A stretch of 64,000 nt of DNA from Gammaproteobacteria bacterium (GTDB lineage: Bacteria; Pseudomonadota; Gammaproteobacteria; Ga0077536). The stretch lies in NCBI GenBank assembly GCA_050186725.1, contig JBFWYG010000008.1, positions 32,899-96,898 on the forward strand, given 5' to 3'. The translations under genes were made by a program, and so were the position numbers. Under the pieces are notes generated by a model that had not been told where the DNA came from, did no database searches, and was given only the letters and a program-made list of their open reading frames with translations. This document shows positions 8,884 through 17,482 of this stretch, piece after piece; position 1 is the first letter of the stretch, and the number at the start of each line of letters is the position of its first letter.

Positions 8884-10075
8884 CGAACCAGCCCTTGTCG
8901 CGGGACAGCACGGTCACGGCGTCACCGCCGGGTCGCGCGAGCAGCGCGCGGGCGGTGAACTGCGAATCGCCGCTGCGCACCTGCATGCGCAGGCTGAAGT
9001 ACTGCGAGTTCACCGCGAGTCCCTCGCTCACCACCGGCCGGCCGGCGACCATCGGCAAGGCCAGCAACTCGGCGACGCTGCGCAGCGGCCGCACGCGGCG
9101 GGTGTGTTCGATCATCTCCGCGGTGGAACGATCGAAGGCCGGGCTCAGGCTCATCAGCACTTCGAGCGGCGCGGTATTCAGGTTGATGGGCGTAGTCATG
9201 GGTAGCACGGTGACGAATCTTCGCAGCTTCTCATAGGTCTTGGCATCGATGCCTCGCACCAGGCGCAATTCGCTCACGTCGGCGAAGGCGCGGTTCGCCG
9301 CGCGATAGGGCGGCGACTGGCGCATGTAATAGTCGTCCTCGGCGCCGTTCGGAAAGCGCGTGTCGCTGTCCGCGTCCAGCCAGTCGAGGATCGCCGGCAA
9401 CACCGCGTCGTCGATTTCGAGCGTACGCAGCAAGAGCGCGAGGCGCGCCACCGCGACCTGCTGCTCGCTCAAGGTGAGGCCCTGGCCCGCGGCGCCCGCG
9501 CTGGTCGGCATGCCGGCCCCGACCACGCCCGGCAGGGTCGCGAGCGCCATCATCGCCAGGCTGTCGCCGCCGGGCGCCTCGTCGCGCGGGTTCGCGTCCC
9601 GCGGGCGCCCGGACAGACCACTGCCCGCGCCGCCACCCGACGCAACGTCCTGGTCCGCCGCCGCGGCGTCCCTCGCCGGCGGCGGGGCCGACGTTTCCTC
9701 CGCCTCCCGACGCGCGTCGCCGCCCGCTGCGAGCACGTCTGGCGCGAACGCGATGTCGCGCAGGTTGAACAGCGCCTGCGCGTCCTGCAGCGTGGCGTTG
9801 CCGCGGCCCTCGGCGCGATCGACCAGCAGGGGAACCTGCGCCCACAGGTCGTCCTCGGCGTCGAAGGCCTCGCCGCGCGCGTCCCGCGCCAGCGCGCGCC
9901 GCGCCTCGTCCTCCAGCGCCTCGAACAGCGGTGTCGCGGCGCGCGCCTCGAAACCGCGCGCGGTGGCGGCGATGCCGTGCGCGCTGCGCAGCCCGATGGT
10001 GGCCGCGAGCGCCACCACCAGCACGACTATCACCAGCGCGCCGAGCAGCGCCATGCCGTGTTGCCTGGCGCGCAT
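8876..10075 (-). CDS. gspK: Type II secretion minor pseudopilin GspK (with ~90-aa Ala/Gly/Pro/Asp-rich low-complexity insertion)
   Basis: N-terminal hydrophobic pseudopilin-like segment MALLGALVIVVLVVALAATIGL; NLNTAPLEVLMSL matches the conserved GspK motif; position after gspJ. Confidence 0.65.
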   Translation of the reverse strand: MRARQHGMALLGALVIVVLVVALAATIGLRSAHGIAATARGFEARAATPLFEALEDEARRALARDARGEAFDAEDDLWAQVPLLVDRAEGRGNATLQDAQALFNLRDIAFAPDVLAAGGDARREAEETSAPPPARDAAAADQDVASGGGAGSGLSGRPRDANPRDEAPGGDSLAMMALATLPGVVGAGMPTSAGAAGQGLTLSEQQVAVARLALLLRTLEIDDAVLPAILDWLDADSDTRFPNGAEDDYYMRQSPPYRAANRAFADVSELRLVRGIDAKTYEKLRRFVTVLPMTTPINLNTAPLEVLMSLSPAFDRSTAEMIEHTRRVRPLRSVAELLALPMVAGRPVVSEGLAVNSQYFSLRMQVRSGDSQFTARALLARPGGDAVTVLSRDKGWFDE

Positions 10076-10668
10076 CAGCCCGGGCCCTCGAGCACGCGCC
10101 GCAGGACACGCGAGTCGGCGAAGCGCAGGCGGAATTCCAGCCCGCGCGGCAGGTCATCGGCCACCACTTCGTCCTCGTCCCGCGGCCAGAACGGTGTCCA
10201 GGTCTCGCCGTCGAAGAAGCGCAGTTCCAGCGCGCCGACATCCTTCAGCAGGCGCTGGCTGCGAAAACCGGTGTCGGGCGTGCGATCGAGCACGTCCCAC
10301 ACGTCGCGGTACAGCGCGCCGTCCTGCAGCCGGTAGCGCACGCGGCGCAGCGCCGGCTGGCCATCGTCCACCAGGTCGCTGACGCGCCGCGTGAAGGTCA
10401 GCAGTTCTCCGCGCAGGCCGGCGCGGAGCGCCGGCTCGGATTCGCCGAGCGCGTCGCGCACGCCGCGCGGCGCCAGCGCGCCAAGGTCCTGCTCCATCAC
10501 GGTCACGGCGTGACGCAGCGCGGCCTGGCGCGCGCTGCTCGCGGCGAGCCCGGCGTCGAGCGACATCACCTGGCGCAGGCCGCCGTAGGACAAGGTCGCG
10601 AGCACCGCGAAGATCGCCACCGCGACCAGCAGTTCGAGCAGGGTGAAGCCACGCGTCCGGCGCGTCAT
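10075..10668 (-). CDS. gspJ: Type II secretion minor pseudopilin GspJ
   Basis: 197 aa starting MTRRTRGFTLLELLVAVAIFAVLA (prepilin leader + G|FTLLE cleavage/methylation motif). ATG 10668..10666 overlaps the gspI stop (ATGA). Confidence 0.75.
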   Translation of the reverse strand: MTRRTRGFTLLELLVAVAIFAVLATLSYGGLRQVMSLDAGLAASSARQAALRHAVTVMEQDLGALAPRGVRDALGESEPALRAGLRGELLTFTRRVSDLVDDGQPALRRVRYRLQDGALYRDVWDVLDRTPDTGFRSQRLLKDVGALELRFFDGETWTPFWPRDEDEVVADDLPRGLEFRLRFADSRVLRRVLEGPG

Positions 10669-11093
10669 TCCGCGCTCCGCGTCTCGCGCTCGACGTACAG
10701 CCGCGCGAGCGGCGTGGCGCTGCGCGGGCCGTCGCGTACGTCGACCGTGATCCCGTAGCGCGGCGGCGGCGTGACCTCGGGCGCGTCGGGATCCTCGCGC
10801 AGCGACTCGCGAGGCGGCGGTGGCAATTCGCGCACCACGAGGCGCACCTGCAGCCGCCGCCCGAGGATCTCCTCCACACCCTCGCGCTTGTCCGCCACCA
10901 GCCCTCGGTGCTCGAGCAGGTACTGCGCGAGCACGTTGCTCGCCGCCCACTCCGCCACCTGGCGGCTTTCGAGATGGGCCTGGCTCGCGATCGCCTCGCG
11001 CACCAGCCCGAGCACGCCGCCCAGCACGGTCGCGACCAGCGCCAGGGCCACCAGCACTTCCAGCAGGGTGAAGCCCGCGGCGCGGCGCATCAC
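10665..11093 (-). CDS. gspI: Type II secretion minor pseudopilin GspI
   Basis: 142 aa; MMRRAAGFTLLEVLVALALVATVL prepilin-type N-terminus. Confidence 0.75.
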   Translation of the reverse strand: MMRRAAGFTLLEVLVALALVATVLGGVLGLVREAIASQAHLESRQVAEWAASNVLAQYLLEHRGLVADKREGVEEILGRRLQVRLVVRELPPPPRESLREDPDAPEVTPPPRYGITVDVRDGPRSATPLARLYVERETRSAE

Positions 11094-11602
11094 GACGACG
11101 GTCCGACCCAGTCGGCGACGAACATGCCGTCCAGGTCGTCGCGAAAGCGGTAGTGCTCGCGCTCACCGTGCGCGCCGAGCATCACCGCGCCGATGCGCGT
11201 CTCGCCATCGGGCAGGCACACCACCGCCGGCCGCGTCCCACCGGCGCGCGCCAGCGCGATCTCGAGGCCGATGGGCAGTCGGTGCAGGTCCGGCTCGCCG
11301 CGCGGCGTGAGCCGTGGCTGCCAACGGCCTCGGTAGTGTTCGAAGCCATACGCGTCGCCGCGCAGCCGTATGCCGACCGGCGCACCGGACAGCACCGCGC
11401 TGTCACGGCATTCCTCCAGCGCCAGGACGAACTGCCGCGCTTCGGCGGCGAGCGCCTCACCGCGGCGGTCGGGGAGCGCCAGGCGCACCACCACCAGCAG
11501 CACGCCGATGATGGCGACCACCACCATCACCTCCAGCAGGGTGAAGCCGCGCGGCGTGCGGCCGCCCGCGCTATTGCGTGGTCCAGTTGCCGATGTCGGC
11601 AT
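11090..11602 (-). CDS. gspH: Type II secretion minor pseudopilin GspH (start uncertain)
   Basis: Contains GRTPRGFTLLEVMVVVAIIGVLLVV prepilin motif. The first in-frame ATG downstream of the motif-free N-terminal extension is Met32 of the track ORF (11602), giving an unusually long 19-aa leader and a 32-nt overlap with the gspG 3' end. There is no ATG/GTG/TTG between the gspG stop and the GF cleavage site. Confidence 0.6.
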   Translation of the reverse strand: MPTSATGPRNSAGGRTPRGFTLLEVMVVVAIIGVLLVVVRLALPDRRGEALAAEARQFVLALEECRDSAVLSGAPVGIRLRGDAYGFEHYRGRWQPRLTPRGEPDLHRLPIGLEIALARAGGTRPAVVCLPDGETRIGAVMLGAHGEREHYRFRDDLDGMFVADWVGPSS

Positions 11603-12026
11603 TGAACCCCTCGCCGCCGGGTATGCCGTCGGCACCATGGGAGTAGAGATCGAAATTGTTGTGCTGCCCGGGGTAGAGGTACTGGTAGTCACCACCCCAC
11701 GGATCCTTGGGGACTGCCTCGATGTAGCCGTCGTCCTTGTAGCGCGCGCCGGGCGGCAGGCCAGCGGGCTTGCGCACCAGGGCTTCCAGGCCCTGCTCGG
11801 TGGTCGGATAGGTGAGGTTGTCGAGCTTGAACAGGTCGAGCGCCGCGCCGATGGCGCGCAGGTCCTGCTGGGCGCGCACCACGCGCGCCTCGTCCGGACG
11901 GCTCATGACGCGCGGCACGACGATCGCTGCGAGGATGCCGAGGATCACCACCACCACCATCACTTCGATGAGCGTGAAGCCCGGCGAGAAGCGATGGCGC
12001 GGCGGCATGCGACGGGTACGGCCCAC
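11571..12026 (-). CDS. gspG: Type II secretion major pseudopilin GspG
   Basis: 151 aa; GFTLIEVMVVVVILGILAAIVVP followed by a typical GspG globular domain (DNLTYPTTEQGLEAL..., KDPWGGDYQY). Confidence 0.9.
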   Translation of the reverse strand: MGRTRRMPPRHRFSPGFTLIEVMVVVVILGILAAIVVPRVMSRPDEARVVRAQQDLRAIGAALDLFKLDNLTYPTTEQGLEALVRKPAGLPPGARYKDDGYIEAVPKDPWGGDYQYLYPGQHNNFDLYSHGADGIPGGEGFNADIGNWTTQ

Positions 12027-12224
12027 GGACTCTTCCTCTCACGCTCTACGATGGCCGGCTAGTGTAACCGTGGCTCATGCAAGCGTCATGACCGCGCGCT
12101 GTGCCGCATGTCACGCCGCCGCGCGGCGGCGGCGTGCTGGAACTTCACGCTTTCGATCCAGTCGTTCCAGCCAGTAGAATCGATCCGTGGCCGGCCCTCG
12201 CCGCCGGATGCGAAAGTAGGCAAG

Positions 12225-13205
12225 GTGGACATCAGAACCGAGACCCGCGCGGCCATAGTGCAGCTGCGTGACTACGTGACACGCCGCATCCTCGGCCAGG
12301 ACCACCTGGTGGAGCGCATGCTGGTGGCGCTGCTCGCCGACGGCCACCTGCTGGTGGAGGGCGCGCCGGGCCTGGCCAAGACTCGCGCCATCAAGGTGCT
12401 GTCGGAAGGCATCGAAGGCGAGTTCCATCGCATCCAGTTCACGCCCGATCTGCTGCCGGCCGACCTGACCGGCACCGAGATCTACCGTCCGCAGGACGGC
12501 AGCTTCACCTTTCAGCAGGGCCCGCTGTTCCACAACCTGGTGCTGGCCGACGAAGTGAACCGCGCGCCGGCCAAGGTGCAGTCGGCGCTCCTCGAAGCCA
12601 TGGCCGAACGCCAGATCACCATCGGCCGCGTGTCCTACCCGCTGCCGGAACTCTTCATGGTGATGGCGACCCAGAACCCGCTGGAGCACGAAGGCACCTA
12701 CCCCTTGCCCGAGGCCCAGCTCGATCGCTTCCTGCTGCACATCCTGATCGACTATCCGCGCCACGAGGACGAGAAGCGCATCCTGCACCTCGCCCGCCAG
12801 GAAGCCGCCAGCAGCGCGCCCCACGCGCTGTCGGCCTCGCCGGTGGTGGACCAGGCGCAGATCTTCGCGGCGCGCCGCGAGGTGCTCGATGTCTACATGA
12901 GCGAAGACGTCGAGAACTACCTGATGGAAATCGTGTTCGCGACCCGCGCGCCGTCCGCCTACGGCAGCGATCTCGCAGGCTGGCTGGCCTACGGCGGCAG
13001 TCCGCGCGCCACCATCGCCATCGACCGCGCGGCGCGCGCGCACGCCTGGCTGCGCGGCCAGGACTTCGTCTGCCCGGCCGACGTGCAGGACGTGGCGCGC
13101 GACGCGCTGCGCCACCGCGTGATCCTGAACTACGAAGCGGCCGCCGACGGCGTCACCCCGGACAGATTCATCGGCCAGCTGCTGGAGCGCATCCCGGTAC
13201 CCTGA
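12225..13205 (+). CDS. MoxR-family AAA+ ATPase
   Basis: Walker A GAPGLAKT, Walker B LLADEVNRAPAKVQSALLEAMAE, sensor ATQNP. Likely GTG start at 12225 (VGKVDIRTE...); the track ORF starts at 12108 but its first ~39 residues are not MoxR-like. Confidence 0.85.
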   Translation: MDIRTETRAAIVQLRDYVTRRILGQDHLVERMLVALLADGHLLVEGAPGLAKTRAIKVLSEGIEGEFHRIQFTPDLLPADLTGTEIYRPQDGSFTFQQGPLFHNLVLADEVNRAPAKVQSALLEAMAERQITIGRVSYPLPELFMVMATQNPLEHEGTYPLPEAQLDRFLLHILIDYPRHEDEKRILHLARQEAASSAPHALSASPVVDQAQIFAARREVLDVYMSEDVENYLMEIVFATRAPSAYGSDLAGWLAYGGSPRATIAIDRAARAHAWLRGQDFVCPADVQDVARDALRHRVILNYEAAADGVTPDRFIGQLLERIPVP

Positions 13206-13227
13206 ACGGGGCCGGTCACCGCGTCGC

Positions 13228-14178
13228 ATGCGCGCCGCCCACACTGCCCCACCCGCGCCTGCTGCCGCCGGCCGCGAACGCGTCGAACCGCAGCTTCGCG
13301 AGTTGCTGGCGCTGGCCGCCCAGGCCGGCGCGCTGCCGCCCTGGACCCGCGCCATCCGCAACCGCAGCAGCGGCCCCTTCCTGTCGCGCTTCCGCGGTCG
13401 TGGCATGGAGTACGACGAATCCCGCCCCTACCTGCCGGGCGACGACATCCGTCAGCTCGACTGGCGCGTCACCGCGCGCACCGGCCGGCCGCACACCAAG
13501 TTGTTCCGCGAGGAGCGCGAGCGCCCGGTGCTCCTGTGCGTGGATTTCCGCGGCCCGATGTTCTTCGCCACCCGCGGCGTGTTCAAGGTCGTGCAGGCGG
13601 CGCGCGCCGCGGCGCTGCTCGCCTGGCGCGCGCAGCAGAACGGCGACCGCCTGGGCGGGCTCCTGTTCGCCGACGACGAACACCACGAGCTGCCGCCGCG
13701 GCGGGGTCGCGCGGCGACGCTGCGCTGGCTGAAACTCCTGGCCGACAGCGCGCCGCGGCTGCGTACCGCGCCGCCGGTCGCCACGCCGGCCCCGCTGGCG
13801 GCCACCTTCACGCGTCTCGCGCGGGTCGCCAAGCCCGGCACGCTGATCTTCGTGATCAGTGACTTTCGCGGCTTCGACGATGCCGCGCGCGCCGCGCTGG
13901 CGCGCCTCGGCCAGCATGCGGACCTGGGCCTCATCCTGGTCCACGATGCCCTCGAAGCGGCGTTTCCGATGCTGGACGAAGCGGCCACCATCGCGAGCGG
14001 CGAGCGGCGCCTGCGCCTGGCCGGCGTGGGCGCGAGCCAGCGTGAGCGCTATGCCGCGCAGTTCGAGGCGCGGGTCGCGACGGTGCGCGGGCTGTGCCGC
14101 GAGCAGGGCCTGCTGTTCGCGAGTCTCGACACCGGCGCCGATCCGGTCGCGGCGCTGATGCGCATGTTCGGCGGCTGA
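13228..14178 (+). CDS. DUF58 (vWA-like) protein, MoxR partner
   Basis: YLPGDDIRQLDWRVTARTGRPHTKLFREERERPVLLCVDFRGPMFF is the characteristic DUF58 core; immediately follows moxR. Confidence 0.8.
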   Translation: MRAAHTAPPAPAAAGRERVEPQLRELLALAAQAGALPPWTRAIRNRSSGPFLSRFRGRGMEYDESRPYLPGDDIRQLDWRVTARTGRPHTKLFREERERPVLLCVDFRGPMFFATRGVFKVVQAARAAALLAWRAQQNGDRLGGLLFADDEHHELPPRRGRAATLRWLKLLADSAPRLRTAPPVATPAPLAATFTRLARVAKPGTLIFVISDFRGFDDAARAALARLGQHADLGLILVHDALEAAFPMLDEAATIASGERRLRLAGVGASQRERYAAQFEARVATVRGLCREQGLLFASLDTGADPVAALMRMFGG

Positions 14179-14182
14179 GTCC

Positions 14183-14689
14183 ATGGCGGCCCCGACGCTC
14201 GAGCTGCGCGACATCCACCTGCCCGCCCCGGTGTCGTGGTGGCCGCTCGCCCCAGGCTGGTGGCTGCTGCTGATCGCCGTGCTGCTGGCCGCGCTCGGCC
14301 TCGTGCTGTGGCGGCGCGGCGCGCCGACGCGCCGCCTGCGTCGCGCCGCGCTGGCCGAACTCGCCGCCATCGAAGCGGCCTACGTGACGGCCGGCGACGG
14401 CCATGCCTGCGCGGCGGCCCTGTCCCGCCTGCTGCATCGCCTCGCCGTGCTCGCACGCGGGTCGGGCGCGAGCGAGGTCGATTACGCGGCGCTCGCCGCG
14501 ACGCTCGGGGCGCTGCGCGCCGGTCCGCCGCCCGCGCCCCTCGAGCGCGTGATGACGGCCGCACCCTACTCGCCAAGCGCGGCACGCGGTCTCGCCGGCG
14601 ACGACTACCGCGCCGCGGTGAGCGCCCTGCGGCCCTGGCTCGCGCGCCTGCGCGCGCCGGCGCCCGGTGTCCCCCATGCTGCACTTTGA
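14183..14689 (+). CDS. Small membrane protein of Bat/MoxR operons (DUF4381-like)
   Basis: 168 aa, single TM (WWPLAPGWWLLLIAVLLAALGLVLW), sits between the DUF58 gene and batA as in Bat operons. The family assignment is from memory and is tentative. Confidence 0.45.
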   Translation: MAAPTLELRDIHLPAPVSWWPLAPGWWLLLIAVLLAALGLVLWRRGAPTRRLRRAALAELAAIEAAYVTAGDGHACAAALSRLLHRLAVLARGSGASEVDYAALAATLGALRAGPPPAPLERVMTAAPYSPSAARGLAGDDYRAAVSALRPWLARLRAPAPGVPHAAL

Positions 14690-15674
14690 CTGGCCCTGGC
14701 TGTTCCTCGCGCTGCCGCTGCCGTGGCTGGCGCGGCGCCTGCTGCGCCCGGCGGGCCCGGCCGAGGGCGCGGCGCTGCGCGTGCCAGAACTGCGCGACTT
14801 CGAGGTGCTGCTGGGCGCGGGCGGCGGCAGCGAAGGCCGGCGCGCCAGCATGCTGCTCGCGAGCCTCGCCTGGCTCCTGCTGGTGACCGGCGCGGCGCGC
14901 CCGGAATGGCTTGGTGAACCGGTGGAAGTGCCGGTGAGCGGCCGCGACCTCATGCTTGCGGTCGATCTGTCGGAGAGCATGCACGAGAGCGACTTCGTGC
15001 TGAACGACGAGCCGGTGGACCGTCTCACCGCCAGCAAGGCGGTGGCGAGCAAGTTCATCGGCCGACGCGTCGGTGACCGCATCGGCCTCATCCTGTTCGC
15101 CGACCAGGCCTACCTGCAGGTGCCGCTGACCTTCGACCGCGCGACCGTGGCGCGCATGCTGGAAGAAGCGGTGATCGGCATCGCCGGGCGGCGCACCGCG
15201 CTCGGCGATGCGCTCGGCCTCGCGGTGAAGCGCCTGCGCACCCAGCAGTCCGAACACAAGGTGCTGATCCTGATGACCGACGGGCGCAACACCGCCGGCG
15301 AAGTCGACCCGCTGCGCGCCGCCGAACTCGCCAAGGAGGCGGGGCTGACGGTCTACACCGTCGGTATTGGCGCCGACGCCGCGATGCAGCGCGGCTTCTT
15401 CGGCTCGATCCGCATCAACCCGGCCAGCGATCTCGACGAGGACACCATGCGCGCCATCGCCAGGAAGACCGGCGGGCGCTATTTCCGCGCGCGCGACGCG
15501 GCGAGCTTCGAGAGCATCTACGCCGAGATCGACAAGCTCGAACCGGTCGAACATAGCGGCCAGCATTTCCGGCCAAAGACCGCGCTGTTCCACTGGCCGT
15601 TGGGCGCCGCGCTCGGGCTGTTCGCACTGCTGCTCGCGACCAGCGTGCGACAACCGCGCGCGGCGGTGGCGTGA
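14667..15674 (+). CDS. batA: BatA-like membrane vWA (von Willebrand factor A) domain protein
   Basis: N-terminal TM, vWA MIDAS (DLMLAVDLSESM, ILMTDGRNTAG, VYTVGIGAD), C-terminal TM. Confidence 0.75.
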   Translation: MSPMLHFDWPWLFLALPLPWLARRLLRPAGPAEGAALRVPELRDFEVLLGAGGGSEGRRASMLLASLAWLLLVTGAARPEWLGEPVEVPVSGRDLMLAVDLSESMHESDFVLNDEPVDRLTASKAVASKFIGRRVGDRIGLILFADQAYLQVPLTFDRATVARMLEEAVIGIAGRRTALGDALGLAVKRLRTQQSEHKVLILMTDGRNTAGEVDPLRAAELAKEAGLTVYTVGIGADAAMQRGFFGSIRINPASDLDEDTMRAIARKTGGRYFRARDAASFESIYAEIDKLEPVEHSGQHFRPKTALFHWPLGAALGLFALLLATSVRQPRAAVA

Positions 15675-17482
15675 TGGCCGAGTTCCACTTCCTGAGACCG
15701 GCCTGGTTCCTGGCCCTGCTGCCGCTGGCCGGCCTGTTGTGGTGGGCGCTGCGCGGACGCGGGCGCGGCGGCGCCTGGACGCGGGTCTGCGATCCGGGCC
15801 TGCTGCCGTTCGTGATGGAACATGGTGAGGGCGCTCACCAGGGACGCGCGGGCGGCCTGCTGGCGCTGGCCGCGGCGCTGGCCGTGACCGCGGCGGCCGG
15901 CCCCACCTGGGAACGGCTGCCGGTGCCGGTGTTTCGTGGGGAGTCGGCGCTGGTCGTGGCGCTCGACCTGTCCGCGTCGATGGACGCCGAGGACATCAAG
16001 CCCTCCAGGCTGGCGCGCGCGCGTTTCAAGGTGGCGGATCTGCTGGCGCTCCGCCGCACCGGCCAGACCGCGCTCCTGGTGTTCGCCGGCCAGGCCTTCG
16101 TGGTGACACCGCTGACCAGCGACACCGCGACCATCGCTTCGCAGCTGCAGGCGCTCGAGACCGCCATCATGCCGGTACAGGGCAGCAACCCCGCGGCGGC
16201 GCTGGAGCTGGCCGGCAAGCTGCTCACCCAGGCCGGCATGCCGCGCGGCCACGTGCTGCTGGTGACCGACGGCGGCGACGCCGATGCGCTGGCTCGGGCC
16301 CGCGAGGTGGCCGCGGGCGCGGACTACAGCGTGAGCGTGCTGGGCGTCGGCAGCGCCGACGGCGCACCGATTCCGGACAGCAACGGCGGCTTCGTCAAGG
16401 ATTCGGGCGGCGGCGTCGCGCTCGCGCGGCTGGACGGTGGTGCGCTCGCCGCCCTGGCCAGCGCCGGCGGTGGCGACTACGTGCAGGCGCGGGTCGACGA
16501 CGGTGACGTCGAAGCACTCGCCCACAGCTTCGACGAGGACCGCGCGGCCAAGGTGCGCGAACTGGACCAGCTCGCCGCGAGCCAATGGCACGAGGTCGGT
16601 CCCTGGCTGTTGCTGCCGCTGCTGCCGCTCGCCGCGCTCGGTTTTCGGCGCGGTGTGCTGGCGGTGGCCGTGGCTGTCGGCCTCGCGCTCGGCGGTCCCA
16701 CGCCGGCGCGCGCCGACTGGTGGCGCACACCAGACCAGGCCGGCCAGGCGGCCTTCGAGGCGCGCGACTACGCCGACGCGGCGCAACGCTTCGAGGATCC
16801 GGCCTGGCGCGCCGCGGCGCGCTACCGCGCGGGCGATTACGCCGCCGCCGCCAAGGGTCTCGAAGGCCGGGACGGCGCCGACGACTTCTACAACCGCGGC
16901 AACGCGCTGGCCCGCGAAGGCCAGCTCAAGGAAGCCCTGGCCGCCTACGACGAGGCCCTGAAGCGCGCCCCCGCCGACGCCGACGCGCGGCACAATCGCG
17001 AGCAGGTGCTGAAGCTGCTCGAGCAGCGCGAGCAGGACGGCAAGGACAGCGGCAAGCAGCAGCCGGGCAAGCAGGACCCGCGGCGCAAGCCGTCGCAGAG
17101 CGAGCGCGGCGATCAGCAGTTCGGCGGCGACAAGGGCGGACAGTCCGACCAGGACACCAGCGGCGCGACCAACGCCGGCGGCGGCGCCGAGTCGCGCGAG
17201 CGGCAGCACGACGAAGACCAGTCGAGCGACAGCGGGCGCGGCAAGGGCAAGGCACGCGAACGCGTGGGCAAGCCCCAGGGCGGTGACCAGGCGGAAGGCG
17301 ACGAGCAGCAGCAGGCGGCGGCCGAGGAACGCAGCGACGAGTCCGCCGCCGAACGCGCCCAGGCCACCGAGCAGTGGCTGCAGCAGATCCCCGACGACCC
17401 GTCCGGCCTGCTGCGCCGCAAGTTCGAATACCAGTACAAGCAGATGTACGGCGACGCGCCGCGCGGAGAGACCCCATGGTGA
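15671..17482 (+). CDS. batB: BatB-like vWA + TPR protein with ~130-aa charged low-complexity tail
   Basis: vWA MIDAS (ALVVALDLSASM, LLVTDGGD), TPR repeats (YNRGNALAREGQLKEALAAYDEALKRAP), then a DE/KR/Q/G-rich disordered region. Confidence 0.7.
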   Translation: MMAEFHFLRPAWFLALLPLAGLLWWALRGRGRGGAWTRVCDPGLLPFVMEHGEGAHQGRAGGLLALAAALAVTAAAGPTWERLPVPVFRGESALVVALDLSASMDAEDIKPSRLARARFKVADLLALRRTGQTALLVFAGQAFVVTPLTSDTATIASQLQALETAIMPVQGSNPAAALELAGKLLTQAGMPRGHVLLVTDGGDADALARAREVAAGADYSVSVLGVGSADGAPIPDSNGGFVKDSGGGVALARLDGGALAALASAGGGDYVQARVDDGDVEALAHSFDEDRAAKVRELDQLAASQWHEVGPWLLLPLLPLAALGFRRGVLAVAVAVGLALGGPTPARADWWRTPDQAGQAAFEARDYADAAQRFEDPAWRAAARYRAGDYAAAAKGLEGRDGADDFYNRGNALAREGQLKEALAAYDEALKRAPADADARHNREQVLKLLEQREQDGKDSGKQQPGKQDPRRKPSQSERGDQQFGGDKGGQSDQDTSGATNAGGGAESRERQHDEDQSSDSGRGKGKARERVGKPQGGDQAEGDEQQQAAAEERSDESAAERAQATEQWLQQIPDDPSGLLRRKFEYQYKQMYGDAPRGETPW

